A stretch of DNA of 62,779 nucleotides, counting the filler, from Stramenopiles sp. TOSAG23-3 (Eukaryota): assembly GCA_900128585.1 (NCBI GenBank). It is 8 parts of 8 records of this genome, joined end to end, with 100 filler letters (N's around TTAATTAATTAA, not from the genome) between each part and the next. Parts side by side here need not be neighbours in the genome. Positions count along the whole stretch, not along the records: positions 41,469 to 55,178 come from LT642613.1; 7 more parts are not named here. One strand, written 5' to 3'. Position numbers and translations under genes: made by a program. Below, in pieces: positions 42,424 through 53,407 of the stretch (position 1 is the stretch's first letter; each line of letters begins with the position of its first letter). Below the pieces are notes generated by a model. The model searched no databases and was not told the origin of the DNA. It saw only the letters and a program-made list of their open reading frames with translations.

Positions 42424-45400
42424 ATGAGTGCGGCTCGAAATGAAGCAGTTCTAAACGACAGGTCAAATTTTTCAAAAACGATAGATTTTGGAACCAGAAT
42501 GATGCGTGCTCGAAAGAAGCTGATCAAGTCAACGCTTGCCAGAGCAGGCGGCGGTGCTGGGCACGACGGCCCTCCCCGGTTAGTTCTTGACCATTTAGAA
42601 GCACGAGACCTGATAGCTCGCGATATTAGAAAAGACAAGTCTGCAACCAGTGATCCCATTGCATTTTTATTTTGTGGCTCTGAAGTGATAAAAACGGGTG
42701 TCCTTCTAAAAGTGGTGAACCCATTTTGGAAGCCCCCGTTCTTCAGAAAAGAAGGAGAAAATTGGGTGGAGTGTGACAAAATAATATTCGGGGTAAACGC
42801 GGACGTCTTGAAAGCGACGTCACTTCATATCCAAATAAAAGATGAAATAGATAATAGTGGGAAGATAAGCCCCAGCGATGACAATAATTTTGCAAACTTG
42901 GGCGGGATAACGTTTGATTTGAATGCAATGCGAGAAGAGAAATGCACACGCAAGAAACTGCAGTGGTATGACCTGAATAGAATGTCAGGAATGCCGACAG
43001 TGAAAGGACAAGTTCGTTTTTCACTTCGGTACACTGGAAAATTAGAGGAAGAAAAGGCCAAAACGACCAGTGTCATTGCGAAGAAAAAGCATCTGGGCGC
43101 TTTGTTAAAGCCCAGAAAGAAGAAAACGGACGCGATGAACGAATTTCAAAGGCGGAGAATGGCAGATGCAGCGCTCCGAGAAGCCGCAGCGCTCAAGAAA
43201 GCGGAAGCGGAGCAGAAAAAATCACTGGAGGCACTTCAGGAAGCGATTGAAGAAAAGAAGCTGTTGGCGGACCAAATCGAAGCTATGAAAGAAGATCACT
43301 CGACGCAACTGTTGACAATGGCGATGAACCCGGAAGATTCGCTTGAGAATTTTTTTCCCGAAATGAACAAACAGTCGAGCAACCTAAATTTAGAACGACA
43401 GCTTTCCCAGTCAATAGCGCGGTTGAAAGCTAGTCACACGCGTTCTACAGGCATGGCAGAATTACACGCCATAACCCAGGGCTTAACCCAAAATGATATT
43501 GGTGTGGTTCTTAGCTGCCTTCGGCGCGTGAAAGGTGACCCCGATGGGCCGTTTCAGCGTGCGTGCGTAAAATTTATCGGGGTAATGGCTTGCACCGCAC
43601 CCTCTGCCATGGCACCGTTCTTGCAAGAGTTTGTCGAGGAGATTTGTGATAGAATTACAGTTGCCAACAAAGTTGTTCATAGCACATGCATTGATTCATT
43701 TGGTTACTTGGCAAGAAACGTGTTGCCTCTGCTGAATCGGGGGAGAATCAAGCCGAGCTTCTCCCCAATTATTGATCCACTAGGCACCATTATCAGCCAG
43801 CATGGTGGGAACACATTAAGCACGGTGGCTGCGCATTGCCTACGAGGAGCATTTAGCATTAAGATCCCTGCTCGGACGACTGTGCAATTTAAAATAACTG
43901 GCTTGAGCAAATCAGAGAGAGACCTCACTATTTGTAAGCGCATATTTCGAAACTCCGTCCCGAACCTAAAGTTGCCCCAGACGATGCAATTGGCGAACAA
44001 CGGCTGCCTTATGCTGGAGGTGCCCATGGATGGGGCGGCGGCTTACTATAAGAAATTGCTGGATGCATCTGTACGTTTCCCCCCCGGCTGGAGCCTCGTG
44101 GCTTCTCCAGATGCATTTGAGGCCAGTATTGCGGCAAAAACAGCAGTGTTAGCGTCTAAAGTTGGAACCGGGGGTTCCGTTCCTGGCAAACCGGTCACTG
44201 ATAACATTATGAAACACGATTCTTCGAAAGTTAGGGAGCACATCATTTTGCTTGGAGGAAGCGGAAACCAAATTTTCAAAAAAGTTTTGTCGATTTTGCC
44301 AGCAACAATGGCCGAAACAAGGGCAGCCCTTCTAGATTCCCTTTCTGCCCTTGTCGATGCGGCAAGTTTTGGAGAAGCGAAGCGTCTAAGGCGGCTTTCC
44401 AATTCTATTTCAACCGTCAGTCCCACTATGCTCCAAGTGTGCATTGATACACTTTTGGAAAAGAATAAAACATGGAATTGGAAATCGCGGCGGTCTGCCC
44501 TGCTACTTCTCGGGAAGCTTGCCCGATTGCACGGATTGACAAATTCATCCGGACAGATTTTGAGAAACCTTCAGATCGTTGATGATGAAGTTGATATTGT
44601 AATCATTCTGAAATGTGTCCGAGACTGTATGCAAGATAGAGTTAATGTCGTCAGAGAGTGTGCTGCAAATGCTATGGATGAGTTCTCGGCTGCTGAATTA
44701 ATTCCAGAAGGATTTCGTTCAAAATTTGCCCCGAAAAATGTTACCAAAAGGAATCAGCCAAAGAAAGTGCGTAGCCCCCGGATCCCAAAGTCACCTTTAG
44801 AAGATGTTGGAATCCTTGCCCCGGAAGAGCGCACGTATAACAAGTCGGCATTGCCACGGCCAGAAAAACGCGAGTTTCCGACGAGATACAAATCTAGGGC
44901 CCCAAAATCATTTACCGGTCTTGACAAAGAAATGCCCCCCCTGGAGAAACCAATCCCGGCGCACGCCCTACGCTCGTCCTGTATAAGAAAGCTCGACCAG
45001 CAGCAACGGAACTACCTGTCGAGAGTAACGCTTGCTTGTGTAAAGAATCAGCATCTGTTCTTGCGAGAAATGAAACGGATTACTAAACGCGGCGTTTTTG
45101 CTTTAGTAGTGCCGCATCTGCTGCTCTCTGATGAATTGGAGGAGTTGGAGGAAAAGGCTATTGTTGAATTAGTGCGCCATACAGACCACCAAGTGGCTGA
45201 GTCATTACTACATGTCGTTGGCCAAATGCTGACCGTGTGTGCGAACAGTGGGCACAACAAATCAAATGACATGGCCGCGGAGCGACTTCTTTTGTGGACA
45301 ATGATTTTGTTGAATACTTGCTTTTGGTCTGTTGATGAAATTGTCAATGGGGAGTCTCGCCTGTGGGTATCCATTAAATCTTCCTTACGACTACTCTCAG

Positions 45401-45513
45401 GCGAAACTTCCAAATACGCCGCACGGGACAGTGCTGCAAAAGCTTTTGCTATTGTTACAAACGAAATGTTGCTATCTAGTCACATGTATATTTTTGGGGA
45501 CGAAGATGACTAA
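42424..45513 (+). CDS. C2-domain, coiled-coil and HEAT/TOG-like repeat protein
   Basis: C2-like LEARDLIARD...SDP...KT...VNPFW...QWYDL...GQVRFSLRY; HEAT-like NWKSRRSALLLLGKLA and DRVNVVRECAANAM. Confidence 0.75.
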   Translation: MSAARNEAVLNDRSNFSKTIDFGTRMMRARKKLIKSTLARAGGGAGHDGPPRLVLDHLEARDLIARDIRKDKSATSDPIAFLFCGSEVIKTGVLLKVVNPFWKPPFFRKEGENWVECDKIIFGVNADVLKATSLHIQIKDEIDNSGKISPSDDNNFANLGGITFDLNAMREEKCTRKKLQWYDLNRMSGMPTVKGQVRFSLRYTGKLEEEKAKTTSVIAKKKHLGALLKPRKKKTDAMNEFQRRRMADAALREAAALKKAEAEQKKSLEALQEAIEEKKLLADQIEAMKEDHSTQLLTMAMNPEDSLENFFPEMNKQSSNLNLERQLSQSIARLKASHTRSTGMAELHAITQGLTQNDIGVVLSCLRRVKGDPDGPFQRACVKFIGVMACTAPSAMAPFLQEFVEEICDRITVANKVVHSTCIDSFGYLARNVLPLLNRGRIKPSFSPIIDPLGTIISQHGGNTLSTVAAHCLRGAFSIKIPARTTVQFKITGLSKSERDLTICKRIFRNSVPNLKLPQTMQLANNGCLMLEVPMDGAAAYYKKLLDASVRFPPGWSLVASPDAFEASIAAKTAVLASKVGTGGSVPGKPVTDNIMKHDSSKVREHIILLGGSGNQIFKKVLSILPATMAETRAALLDSLSALVDAASFGEAKRLRRLSNSISTVSPTMLQVCIDTLLEKNKTWNWKSRRSALLLLGKLARLHGLTNSSGQILRNLQIVDDEVDIVIILKCVRDCMQDRVNVVRECAANAMDEFSAAELIPEGFRSKFAPKNVTKRNQPKKVRSPRIPKSPLEDVGILAPEERTYNKSALPRPEKREFPTRYKSRAPKSFTGLDKEMPPLEKPIPAHALRSSCIRKLDQQQRNYLSRVTLACVKNQHLFLREMKRITKRGVFALVVPHLLLSDELEELEEKAIVELVRHTDHQVAESLLHVVGQMLTVCANSGHNKSNDMAAERLLLWTMILLNTCFWSVDEIVNGESRLWVSIKSSLRLLSGETSKYAARDSAAKAFAIVTNEMLLSSHMYIFGDEDD

Positions 45514-46076
45514 AATAATTTCAAATTGAACTTTGTCAAAAATAAATTAAGTGCGTCGTCGTGATTGTATTCTAATTACCTATCCGATTTATAGACGACT
45601 ACTATGTATAATATATTTTTTCGTTTTTTCTTCTAGATAGAGGACTTGCTGCTTTTTCTTCAGTTGTGATGGTGGTTACATTAAAAAAAAAAGACACTAA
45701 AAAAGTAACGTCAAAAAAACAAAAACAAATTCACTGGTCGCTATAGCACTGTAATAAGATGGGGGGGGGTGGTCGATGTCATGAGATCATGATGATGATA
45801 CTACTATGTACTATAAGAGGTATAATTATAAATTATTGAAGAAGCAACTGGTAGTATGAATACCGGTATTATTATAAGTAGTTGTGTTGACGGTACGGTA
45901 CCTGTACGGTAGTCTGGATAGTAGCACTACTACTACTCGTAAAAAAATTAACCAACAACATACCGTATAAAGAAGAAGAGAAAATAATACGAATATTTTT
46001 TAATTCAATTCTTCTTTCCGAATGAATATCACCGAAACAAGACAAACAGATATTTTGAAGAAGCGTTGCTACAAAA

Positions 46077-49000
46077 ATGATTCCCAAACACTTTACATGC
46101 CGAGGTTTAACCCGTCGACAGAAAAGTTTGTATCGACAGGGAAAGCGGAAACGGTTTGTCCAATTTTTAGTAGCGATGGAAGACTGTAGCATACCCCACG
46201 CGATAGTCAAAGAAATGTCTTTCTATCGCCAGCAACAAGGAAAGTTGAAAACCAAACCGACGCGGCCTTTTGGAAAAAAGACGTCCCGTGTGCGTTCCGC
46301 ATCGAGGAGTACAAGTCGTACATCCAAAGGCAGGGGGCCTTCCATAATTGCAATATCTAATGGGGGAACCCATGTTCCCCAGAACGCTATCGGTACCAAT
46401 TCTTCGAACCCACGGAAAGTAGAGTCAACAGAAAAGCGTGCGAAAAGCGTTGTCGGAGGGGCATTTTTGAACTCAAAGGAAGTAGTTATGCTAGAGGATA
46501 AGATCGAACGAATGCTTCTGCAGCTAGATAGTAAAATGGCGATCAAGAACAAGGAAGACACCCCAGAAATTGACGGGGCGGAAGAAACCCTGACAGATGG
46601 CCCTGGTCAGAAGACTCAAGGACAAGAAACAAATAATGAAAATAGAAGTCCAGGGTATATTGTGGTGGATGCGGGCATAGAAATTGCCATGTCTGGGTCA
46701 ACCCTTAGCAACAGGTTGATTGCTCAACAACTGCCGCTGCTAAAGTTCGAGCAAAATATTTACTCCACGTGCGTTTCTGAAATTGTTCAACACGTAAAAT
46801 TGTACAGCAACGATATTGGCAGACTTCTGGAAAAAGTTAGATTGAAACAAGATGCACTAGTTCAAAAAACTGGAGATATGATTTCTTCTTGTTTAGAAAG
46901 CTGTAAGTCATTCGAGTCAAACATAAATAGGAAAAAGGATCAAATATATGACATTCAGCGTGAGGCAGCCCGAATGGAGTCCAACAACCGAGCCATTTAT
47001 GAGGAAATGGGAACTAAAATCGACGAAGCCGTCAAAGACCGACAATTTTTCAACGATCAGACGGCAGAAAAACTTGCAAAGGAAACTAAAAAACAGATGG
47101 ATAAGTTAACAGCTGAATTGAAGAAATGGAAATCTTCCTATAAGAGAACAAAAAAAGAACTCGCCGATTTAAAAGCACTGGACCCAGACCAATTAGAAAA
47201 TGAAAAGATGAACCAAGCCCTTCAAGCGCACATGACTCAATTGGAAATGATGATGAAAAATAGAGGGAATGCCAAAAGTATATCCGCGGCAGACCGAGTG
47301 TCCCTCGAGAAAAAGCGATCGCTTGAACTACAAAAGAAGTTGGCGGAGAGCGAGCAGATGCAGAGTGAGCTAAAGAAAGAGTTGGATACTGCCAGAATAG
47401 TGGCCTCGCAGAAGGCATCTGATTTTTCAGAGAAAACGGCAGAAAAGGAGAAAACGTTGAAGTTGCAATTGAGCGAAGCACGTGAAAAAATATCACAGCT
47501 AGAAATTCATTTGAAGTCTGTCGAGATATCAAGAAATAGGCTTGAACAAAAGTCTAAGAAAAAAATAAAGATGGAGGAAGCGCGGTGGGAAGTGTTGCAG
47601 TCAAAAATTCAGGACCAGACCATCGATGTTGAAATGAAAATTAATCGGGCCACAGAATTGTCAAATGCTGCTAGGGCAGAGGCAGCAGCATCCGGAAATG
47701 GGGTAATCGAGGGGCTTGAACTCGAATTGTCGGAATTAGACCAGGAACTTCGTGACTTCAAGGAGGAGCTTTACGTATCATTGGATATTGATAGTTTAAA
47801 GTACAGTGTTGACGACCACAGCAACCTAGGTCCGGAAGAGCAGGAACTGCTGTCTGTAATTGAGACGCATAACCTGTCCATAGAATCGTTATCAAGAGAT
47901 TTTGAAAAAGCGCGCGACGAGACTGCAAATAGCGTGGGAATCCAGAGATCGCGCTGCATTTCGAAAGCGAACGCCTTAGAGGGTTTACTGCAACAAGAGC
48001 AGGCCAAAGTGGACTCGTTGGAGGAAGATTTAGATCGTTTGAAGAGGAAACGGGAAGATCTGTTACGAATTGCAAAGTTAAAGTTAGAAGCTGTCCTGAA
48101 AGAAGAAAGTTTTGAAATTAAATCCATGCAGAATTCACAACTAGAACGACGAACAGAACTTACGGACGAAATTGCTGCTGTCAAATTCCAAACTGAACTG
48201 AAGGCCGATCAAGCGGTGGAGGAATCGAACCGCATACTTTTGGGCCTAAAGGCAGAATTGGAGCGATTAACGTCGGAGGAGCGCGCCGTTCGAGTCAACA
48301 TCGAGCATGCCAAAAAGGCTTTAGAGACCGCACTCAAACGGGCAGACGAAGAGATAGAGGAGTACTATGCTGTATTGACTGAAACGAAAGAACGAAAAGA
48401 AGCACTTACCAAGGATATCAAAGAGGAGCGCGAACGGGTGGAAGCAATTGCCAACAAAGAAGAAAATGATCTTCTTAAAAAGGAATTGGAACTCATTACA
48501 ATAGAGCAAAACAATGCCGAAACTACAGAAATTTTGCGAGAGGAAATAAAGATGCAACAAAACGTATTGGAAAAGGTGAAAGAGGTCAAACAAACAGAAG
48601 ACAGCCATACGGAAACCGTGGAGGCCCAACTAGACGTATTTCGAGACAGTGCTGCAATGCTAGCGAAGCGGTTAAAGGATCGCATGGTGGACCAAGGTCA
48701 AGTGGAGTTTGCAACTTCCAGTTTCCAAACAGACGTCTCCATTTCCCCCACAGAAGTGATGTACAAGAGACCCGTCATGAAAAATAAAATCTCGCAGACG
48801 AAAGAAAAACCCGTTCAACGCAGGAAAACTCAAACCCCAAAAGAATGGGCTGTTGCCCCACCACCCTCGGCACCGAAAGTTGGGCAAAAGAAAATAGCGA
48901 TAAAAGAGGTTGTAGATGAAGAGCCGGTCAAGGAAACCCCAAAGCCATCGCCTGTGAAAGAGGAAGAGTCACTGGAGTTTCGAGATTTGCTGAAGGTCAT

Positions 49001-50462
49001 GCGCCGAGCGGATATTAACCCGCTGCTTGAGCTAATTAGCTTGGACTCAAAAATAAAAGTTCACACAGAGCCAAAAGCAGTCCATTGGCTGGTGCGTTTT
49101 ATTAGGGAGTGCTACAACAGCGCGCAAATTTTACTGCAAAGTCAAGAGGAACTGAACAAGACGGAAACATTTTTCGTTTCTCGTTATGTCCACGGTCTTT
49201 TGGTTCAACAGTATGGCGTGAAACGTATCGTAGACCAAAAACTGTGGGAATTGGCAGCTACAGTTCGAACATTTAGATCTTCAAACGAGGAAGTAAAGCA
49301 ATTCTCTGAGTTTATATGCGGGAAAAGGAGCAGCGAAGAGTTCTGGTTCATGATACAGTGTCGTGGTTTGGTTGGGCGGCTGACAGAGGGCAACCTCTAC
49401 CCCCAAAACACAAACGTTTGCATACCACAATTTGTGGACGCCTCCCGTGCACTCGCTTCTCTCGACTCCATACTTTCATCTCTTCCGCAAACGGAAGCGC
49501 TGATCGAGCAGACGGGATTAGAGAAAAACATGCTGCGCATGCACATATCGGTACTATGCAGCAGAGGAAAGGGGGCAACGAAGAGTGGCCCCGGGTCAAC
49601 AGGTGTTATTAGCTTGGTGGCCTTGTTGAATTTACTTTCCTTCGCTATTAGGCAGCACGAATCTAGAAAGCACATTGTCATGTGGGCGGAGGCTGCATTT
49701 TCCCTGGTTGATGACAACAGCGACGGTTTTATAACGTATGAACAGTTCGTTTCGGTTTTGTGTCACGTGAGTCCACCGCCGAAGGGCCGTGAATTACGAA
49801 AACTGTTCCAGAGAGGGACCCATGCCTCCATTCAAATGATAGTGGCAACGTTCAAGAAGATAGCTTTGTCAATTCTGTGCCCAGCAATGCCTGGACAAAT
49901 AATTGGGAGCATTATTCGATCGGTGCCTTCTATTGAAGAGCTTGGGAAATCGTTAAAGAACAATCGCGTCAAATCACTGTCGAAGGGTACGGATTCCGCC
50001 GGGACTATTTTACAAATTGTGGCAAGTCGCTGGATAAACGTTGTAGCAACCGTCAACAATTACATATCGTTGCTCTTGTACAGCGACCACGAAGCTGACA
50101 TTGAAGCAGCAAATGCAATTAATGAGCACCGTTTGGCGTTAGAAAATGCGCTGGTAGGGAACAATGCTCCTGAAAAAGAGAACGCTATCGAACACCACTA
50201 CTCGCGCGCGGTTGAATCGATTTATTGCTACCGAAAAATTCTTTTGTCCATCGAGGAGCACCAAATAAACGCCCAGAGACAAAATTTGGTCTTTCCGTCG
50301 CCTCAGTCGATCACCGATGATCTAGGTTCACTTGAGACATCTATTTTAAATCGCTGGAAAAGTAGTTACAACCCCCCGACCAACAAACAACTCAGCACGC
50401 ACACAAAGTCAGTCTTGCGAAACACACAATTGGCTAAGTACACAGCAGGTGCTATTTATTAA
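46077..50462 (+). CDS. Large coiled-coil protein with C-terminal helical domain and EF-hand (TSNAXIP1-like region)
   Basis: 1461-aa ORF (true start may be a downstream ATG, e.g. MSFYRQ at 46216); long heptad region; LVQQYGVKRIVDQKLWEL...VKQFSEF; EF-hand loop DDNSDGFITYEQF. Confidence 0.8.
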   Translation: MIPKHFTCRGLTRRQKSLYRQGKRKRFVQFLVAMEDCSIPHAIVKEMSFYRQQQGKLKTKPTRPFGKKTSRVRSASRSTSRTSKGRGPSIIAISNGGTHVPQNAIGTNSSNPRKVESTEKRAKSVVGGAFLNSKEVVMLEDKIERMLLQLDSKMAIKNKEDTPEIDGAEETLTDGPGQKTQGQETNNENRSPGYIVVDAGIEIAMSGSTLSNRLIAQQLPLLKFEQNIYSTCVSEIVQHVKLYSNDIGRLLEKVRLKQDALVQKTGDMISSCLESCKSFESNINRKKDQIYDIQREAARMESNNRAIYEEMGTKIDEAVKDRQFFNDQTAEKLAKETKKQMDKLTAELKKWKSSYKRTKKELADLKALDPDQLENEKMNQALQAHMTQLEMMMKNRGNAKSISAADRVSLEKKRSLELQKKLAESEQMQSELKKELDTARIVASQKASDFSEKTAEKEKTLKLQLSEAREKISQLEIHLKSVEISRNRLEQKSKKKIKMEEARWEVLQSKIQDQTIDVEMKINRATELSNAARAEAAASGNGVIEGLELELSELDQELRDFKEELYVSLDIDSLKYSVDDHSNLGPEEQELLSVIETHNLSIESLSRDFEKARDETANSVGIQRSRCISKANALEGLLQQEQAKVDSLEEDLDRLKRKREDLLRIAKLKLEAVLKEESFEIKSMQNSQLERRTELTDEIAAVKFQTELKADQAVEESNRILLGLKAELERLTSEERAVRVNIEHAKKALETALKRADEEIEEYYAVLTETKERKEALTKDIKEERERVEAIANKEENDLLKKELELITIEQNNAETTEILREEIKMQQNVLEKVKEVKQTEDSHTETVEAQLDVFRDSAAMLAKRLKDRMVDQGQVEFATSSFQTDVSISPTEVMYKRPVMKNKISQTKEKPVQRRKTQTPKEWAVAPPPSAPKVGQKKIAIKEVVDEEPVKETPKPSPVKEEESLEFRDLLKVMRRADINPLLELISLDSKIKVHTEPKAVHWLVRFIRECYNSAQILLQSQEELNKTETFFVSRYVHGLLVQQYGVKRIVDQKLWELAATVRTFRSSNEEVKQFSEFICGKRSSEEFWFMIQCRGLVGRLTEGNLYPQNTNVCIPQFVDASRALASLDSILSSLPQTEALIEQTGLEKNMLRMHISVLCSRGKGATKSGPGSTGVISLVALLNLLSFAIRQHESRKHIVMWAEAAFSLVDDNSDGFITYEQFVSVLCHVSPPPKGRELRKLFQRGTHASIQMIVATFKKIALSILCPAMPGQIIGSIIRSVPSIEELGKSLKNNRVKSLSKGTDSAGTILQIVASRWINVVATVNNYISLLLYSDHEADIEAANAINEHRLALENALVGNNAPEKENAIEHHYSRAVESIYCYRKILLSIEEHQINAQRQNLVFPSPQSITDDLGSLETSILNRWKSSYNPPTNKQLSTHTKSVLRNTQLAKYTAGAIY

Positions 50463-51279
50463 TAATAATACGAAATAGACGACTAGCAGAAAGCGTATAG
50501 TCATCCATATAACCCTATATATAATAATTTTCAATGGAGAATGAATGAAAGAATAACGTAGTATATTTTAAATTAATAGTCTTACTTGCCTATCTCTTTC
50601 CTATAATTAAATTATAATCTATAGAATAATTAAAAAAAATGAAAATACGCGAAGAAGCGACATCAAACAAAAATTAAAATAAATTGTTCCCCCATTATAA
50701 ATATATATAAATACACTCATTCATAATCACCATTTTTTAGTTATAGCTATATATTAGTGTCTAATAATTCTCGAAGCAACGATGCGATTTGGAGCCACAA
50801 ATTAAAAGTATGTAATATTACTTATCGTGTCATAATTAATTGTATTATATTGATATTAATTTGGTTTTATTTATTTTGTACTAGTACATCATTATGGAAT
50901 CTCTTTCCTTCTTCTTCCTTCGCACTTTTTGTTCTTCTTTCTTCTTTGTTTGTTGTTTAATAAAAGTAGGGAAACAGAGCAGCAGCAGACCAGAAGAAAG
51001 ATAATAATAATAAAAAGAAAAAAAAATTGTACTGCCTGTGGTAGTAACTATAGAGTGTATTTTATTTTTTAATACCCTTGGTGGTACATTATTAAATAAA
51101 AAAGAAGAAGAGAAGTGTAGATATAGAGAATGAAGTTAGACTTTTAAATCACAAGTAATTGTGTGGTGACAAAACGGGTTGAATCAATTGTCAGCGTTAG
51201 CATTAATTTTTTGCATATCTCTGTGTATATTATTTGACAAAGGAAACAAGCGTTGGCCCGTAATCGAATTTGAAGAAGC

Positions 51280-53151
51280 ATGAAAGGTCGCGGTAAAGCT
51301 GTTCGCATAGAAAGTTATGAGAACGCCTTGCAGTACTTGGCGTCCGTATCGTCTGCCAAAAGTAGTTTTTTTGAGACTGACAAAGCGAGGTCGGATGCTC
51401 TGACTAAGTGTATGAAGCATTTTTATGTCGCTTCTAAGCAATTCGGGGATGGGTTGAAAGGTAAGTTTGAAAAGATTGACGTTGTTGGAGAGTTATTTAC
51501 CGATGGGGTGGACGTCGAGCAAGTGTGGGGGCAACTGGATCTTATTAATAATCCTGTAGCACGTATTGCGGAGAAATCGATTGCAAATTTAGTCGAGTTG
51601 CCAGAGGACACCATTGCGACCAAATCAAGCCCAGACGAATCATCAGACGAGGAACCAGCTGACGAAAAAGATGCAAGTGCTCGTGGTGGTAGTGCCGAAG
51701 ACGGCTCCAGCGATGACCAGAGCTCTGGAGAAGAAGGCCCCGTGGAAACGGACGAGGACGGCAAGGATAGTAGTAGCGTAGGCAACGGGACTGTGAAGAA
51801 AGGGGCACAAGCCGATACGGTGCTGAAAGAAGATTCGTTTTTCAGCGCTAGTGACTTCAATGCGTTTGCAGATGGAAAGGAAGACTTGGGCATGGGAGAA
51901 ATGGGCGCTGATATGTACGGTGATATGTACGATTCAGAAGGGGGTTCTGGCGACGACGTCGACACGGACGAAGAGCAAGCTATCCTGGACAAGGGTATCA
52001 ACAAAAAGAAAAAATCGTCGCAGAAGAACGACGAAGAAGCCAACGCGCTTCTTTACAATGATTTCTTTGATGCCCCCAATAAGACTGGTATGGAGAAAGA
52101 GGAAGAGTCGGACCTGGAAGAGGACCTAGAGGAGTCTTCTAGCGCTGCGGGAGATGCCCCTGCGCCCGAGACTGCCACCACGGTCGCAGTGGAGGAAGAG
52201 CAATCCAAACACCAGAAATACTTGGGCGCAAAAGGAACCCAAATTGAAGAGTTAGAAAAGGAGATGATGCAACCGAAACGGTGGAATATGTTAGGCGAGT
52301 CGTCGAAGAAGTCACGACCTGAAGACAGCCTTCTTTCGTTGGATTTAAATTACCAGAGAACGGTAAAAGTTGCCCCTACCATCACTGCTGATTCGACGGA
52401 GAGAATAGAGGACATAATCAAATCTAGAATAGTGGACGAGTTGTGGGACGACGTCATACGGGTCGAAAAGAAAACAAACGAGGGAAACGACAAGAAGGAG
52501 GCCGAAGTCTCCACGGAGAAGAGTGCCGTAGGTCTCGGGGACATTTACGCAAAACAGTACGAAGAAGAAGTGTTAGGAAATAGTTCTACCAAATCCACGG
52601 AAACCACAAAGGCACACGAAGAGTTGGATCGCATGTGGCAAACTCTTTCCCAAAAACTAGATTCTCTCTCTAGCTACCACTTTGCCCCGAAACCTTCCAT
52701 AAACGAAATAAGCATTGCAACAGCTGCGCCTAGTATCCAAATGGAAGAAGTTCTTCCTGTTAGTGTGAGTACGGCGGATCAATTTACGCCCGAAGAAATT
52801 TTCAAGAGAAAGCGGGGGCGCCAAGGTGTTCTCAAAGGCAGCGATGAACTAGACAAAAACGATCGGGCAAAAAATAGAAATGCGAAAAAGGCCGTGAGGA
52901 GAAGAGCCTTGCGAGCAAAGAAAAAGGAGCAAAAGTTGAAGGCACAAAATGGCGGCTACAATAGCAGCTACAACAATAAGCTGGCACGTGATACGGTGCA
53001 AGCCGCGAAGAACGTTGTACAGGGTGTCGTATCACGGAACGATACAAATTTCAAAAGCAGTGCATTTTTTGCGAGCTTAAACGACGACACCAAGCCCAAG
53101 AAGAAAAAGAAGAAAACGGCAGGGATCGCATCGTCGAACTTAAAGCTGTGA
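51280..53151 (+). CDS. MPP10: U3 snoRNP protein MPP10
   Basis: EQVWGQLDL, WNMLGE...RPEDSLL, IEDIIKSRI...WDDVIR, KLDSLSSYHFAPKP, PSIQMEEVLP, SSAFFASL and a terminal ..LKL. Confidence 0.95.
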   Translation: MKGRGKAVRIESYENALQYLASVSSAKSSFFETDKARSDALTKCMKHFYVASKQFGDGLKGKFEKIDVVGELFTDGVDVEQVWGQLDLINNPVARIAEKSIANLVELPEDTIATKSSPDESSDEEPADEKDASARGGSAEDGSSDDQSSGEEGPVETDEDGKDSSSVGNGTVKKGAQADTVLKEDSFFSASDFNAFADGKEDLGMGEMGADMYGDMYDSEGGSGDDVDTDEEQAILDKGINKKKKSSQKNDEEANALLYNDFFDAPNKTGMEKEEESDLEEDLEESSSAAGDAPAPETATTVAVEEEQSKHQKYLGAKGTQIEELEKEMMQPKRWNMLGESSKKSRPEDSLLSLDLNYQRTVKVAPTITADSTERIEDIIKSRIVDELWDDVIRVEKKTNEGNDKKEAEVSTEKSAVGLGDIYAKQYEEEVLGNSSTKSTETTKAHEELDRMWQTLSQKLDSLSSYHFAPKPSINEISIATAAPSIQMEEVLPVSVSTADQFTPEEIFKRKRGRQGVLKGSDELDKNDRAKNRNAKKAVRRRALRAKKKEQKLKAQNGGYNSSYNNKLARDTVQAAKNVVQGVVSRNDTNFKSSAFFASLNDDTKPKKKKKKTAGIASSNLKL

Positions 53152-53209
53152 AAGCTGCGCGTTTAGTGTGTATGATAGAATGGCACTTCATGACTGTTCC
53201 CGTAAGTTT

Positions 53210-53407
53210 TTTTTTTACAAAGAAAATTGGCTGTTATTTAAGTAATTAAAATTAATGTACTGCGAAATGAAATCTAGATTTAGACCTTCAAGGTTTACAT
53301 TCCTTCATGAACTGTCTGCGAACTTATCTTAGCTCTTGTGGTTTTACTAATCGATATACCTTTGTCACTTGGTCTTGGCTATCAATCTCAGATGGACTCC
53401 ATGCATG
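53210..53407 (-). mobile_element. Repeat family A, longest copy, with A-tail and 12-bp target-site duplication
   Basis: Flanked by TCCCGTAAGTTT at 53198-53209 and 53408-53419; T10 run at 53207-53216 (A-tail on the minus strand). Confidence 0.82.

Noticed and set aside
8676..50462. Apparent flagellar gene cluster (RSPH9, BART, dynein, coiled-coil/EF-hand protein)
   Set aside because: The genes are on different unlinked contigs; this shows only that the organism is flagellated.
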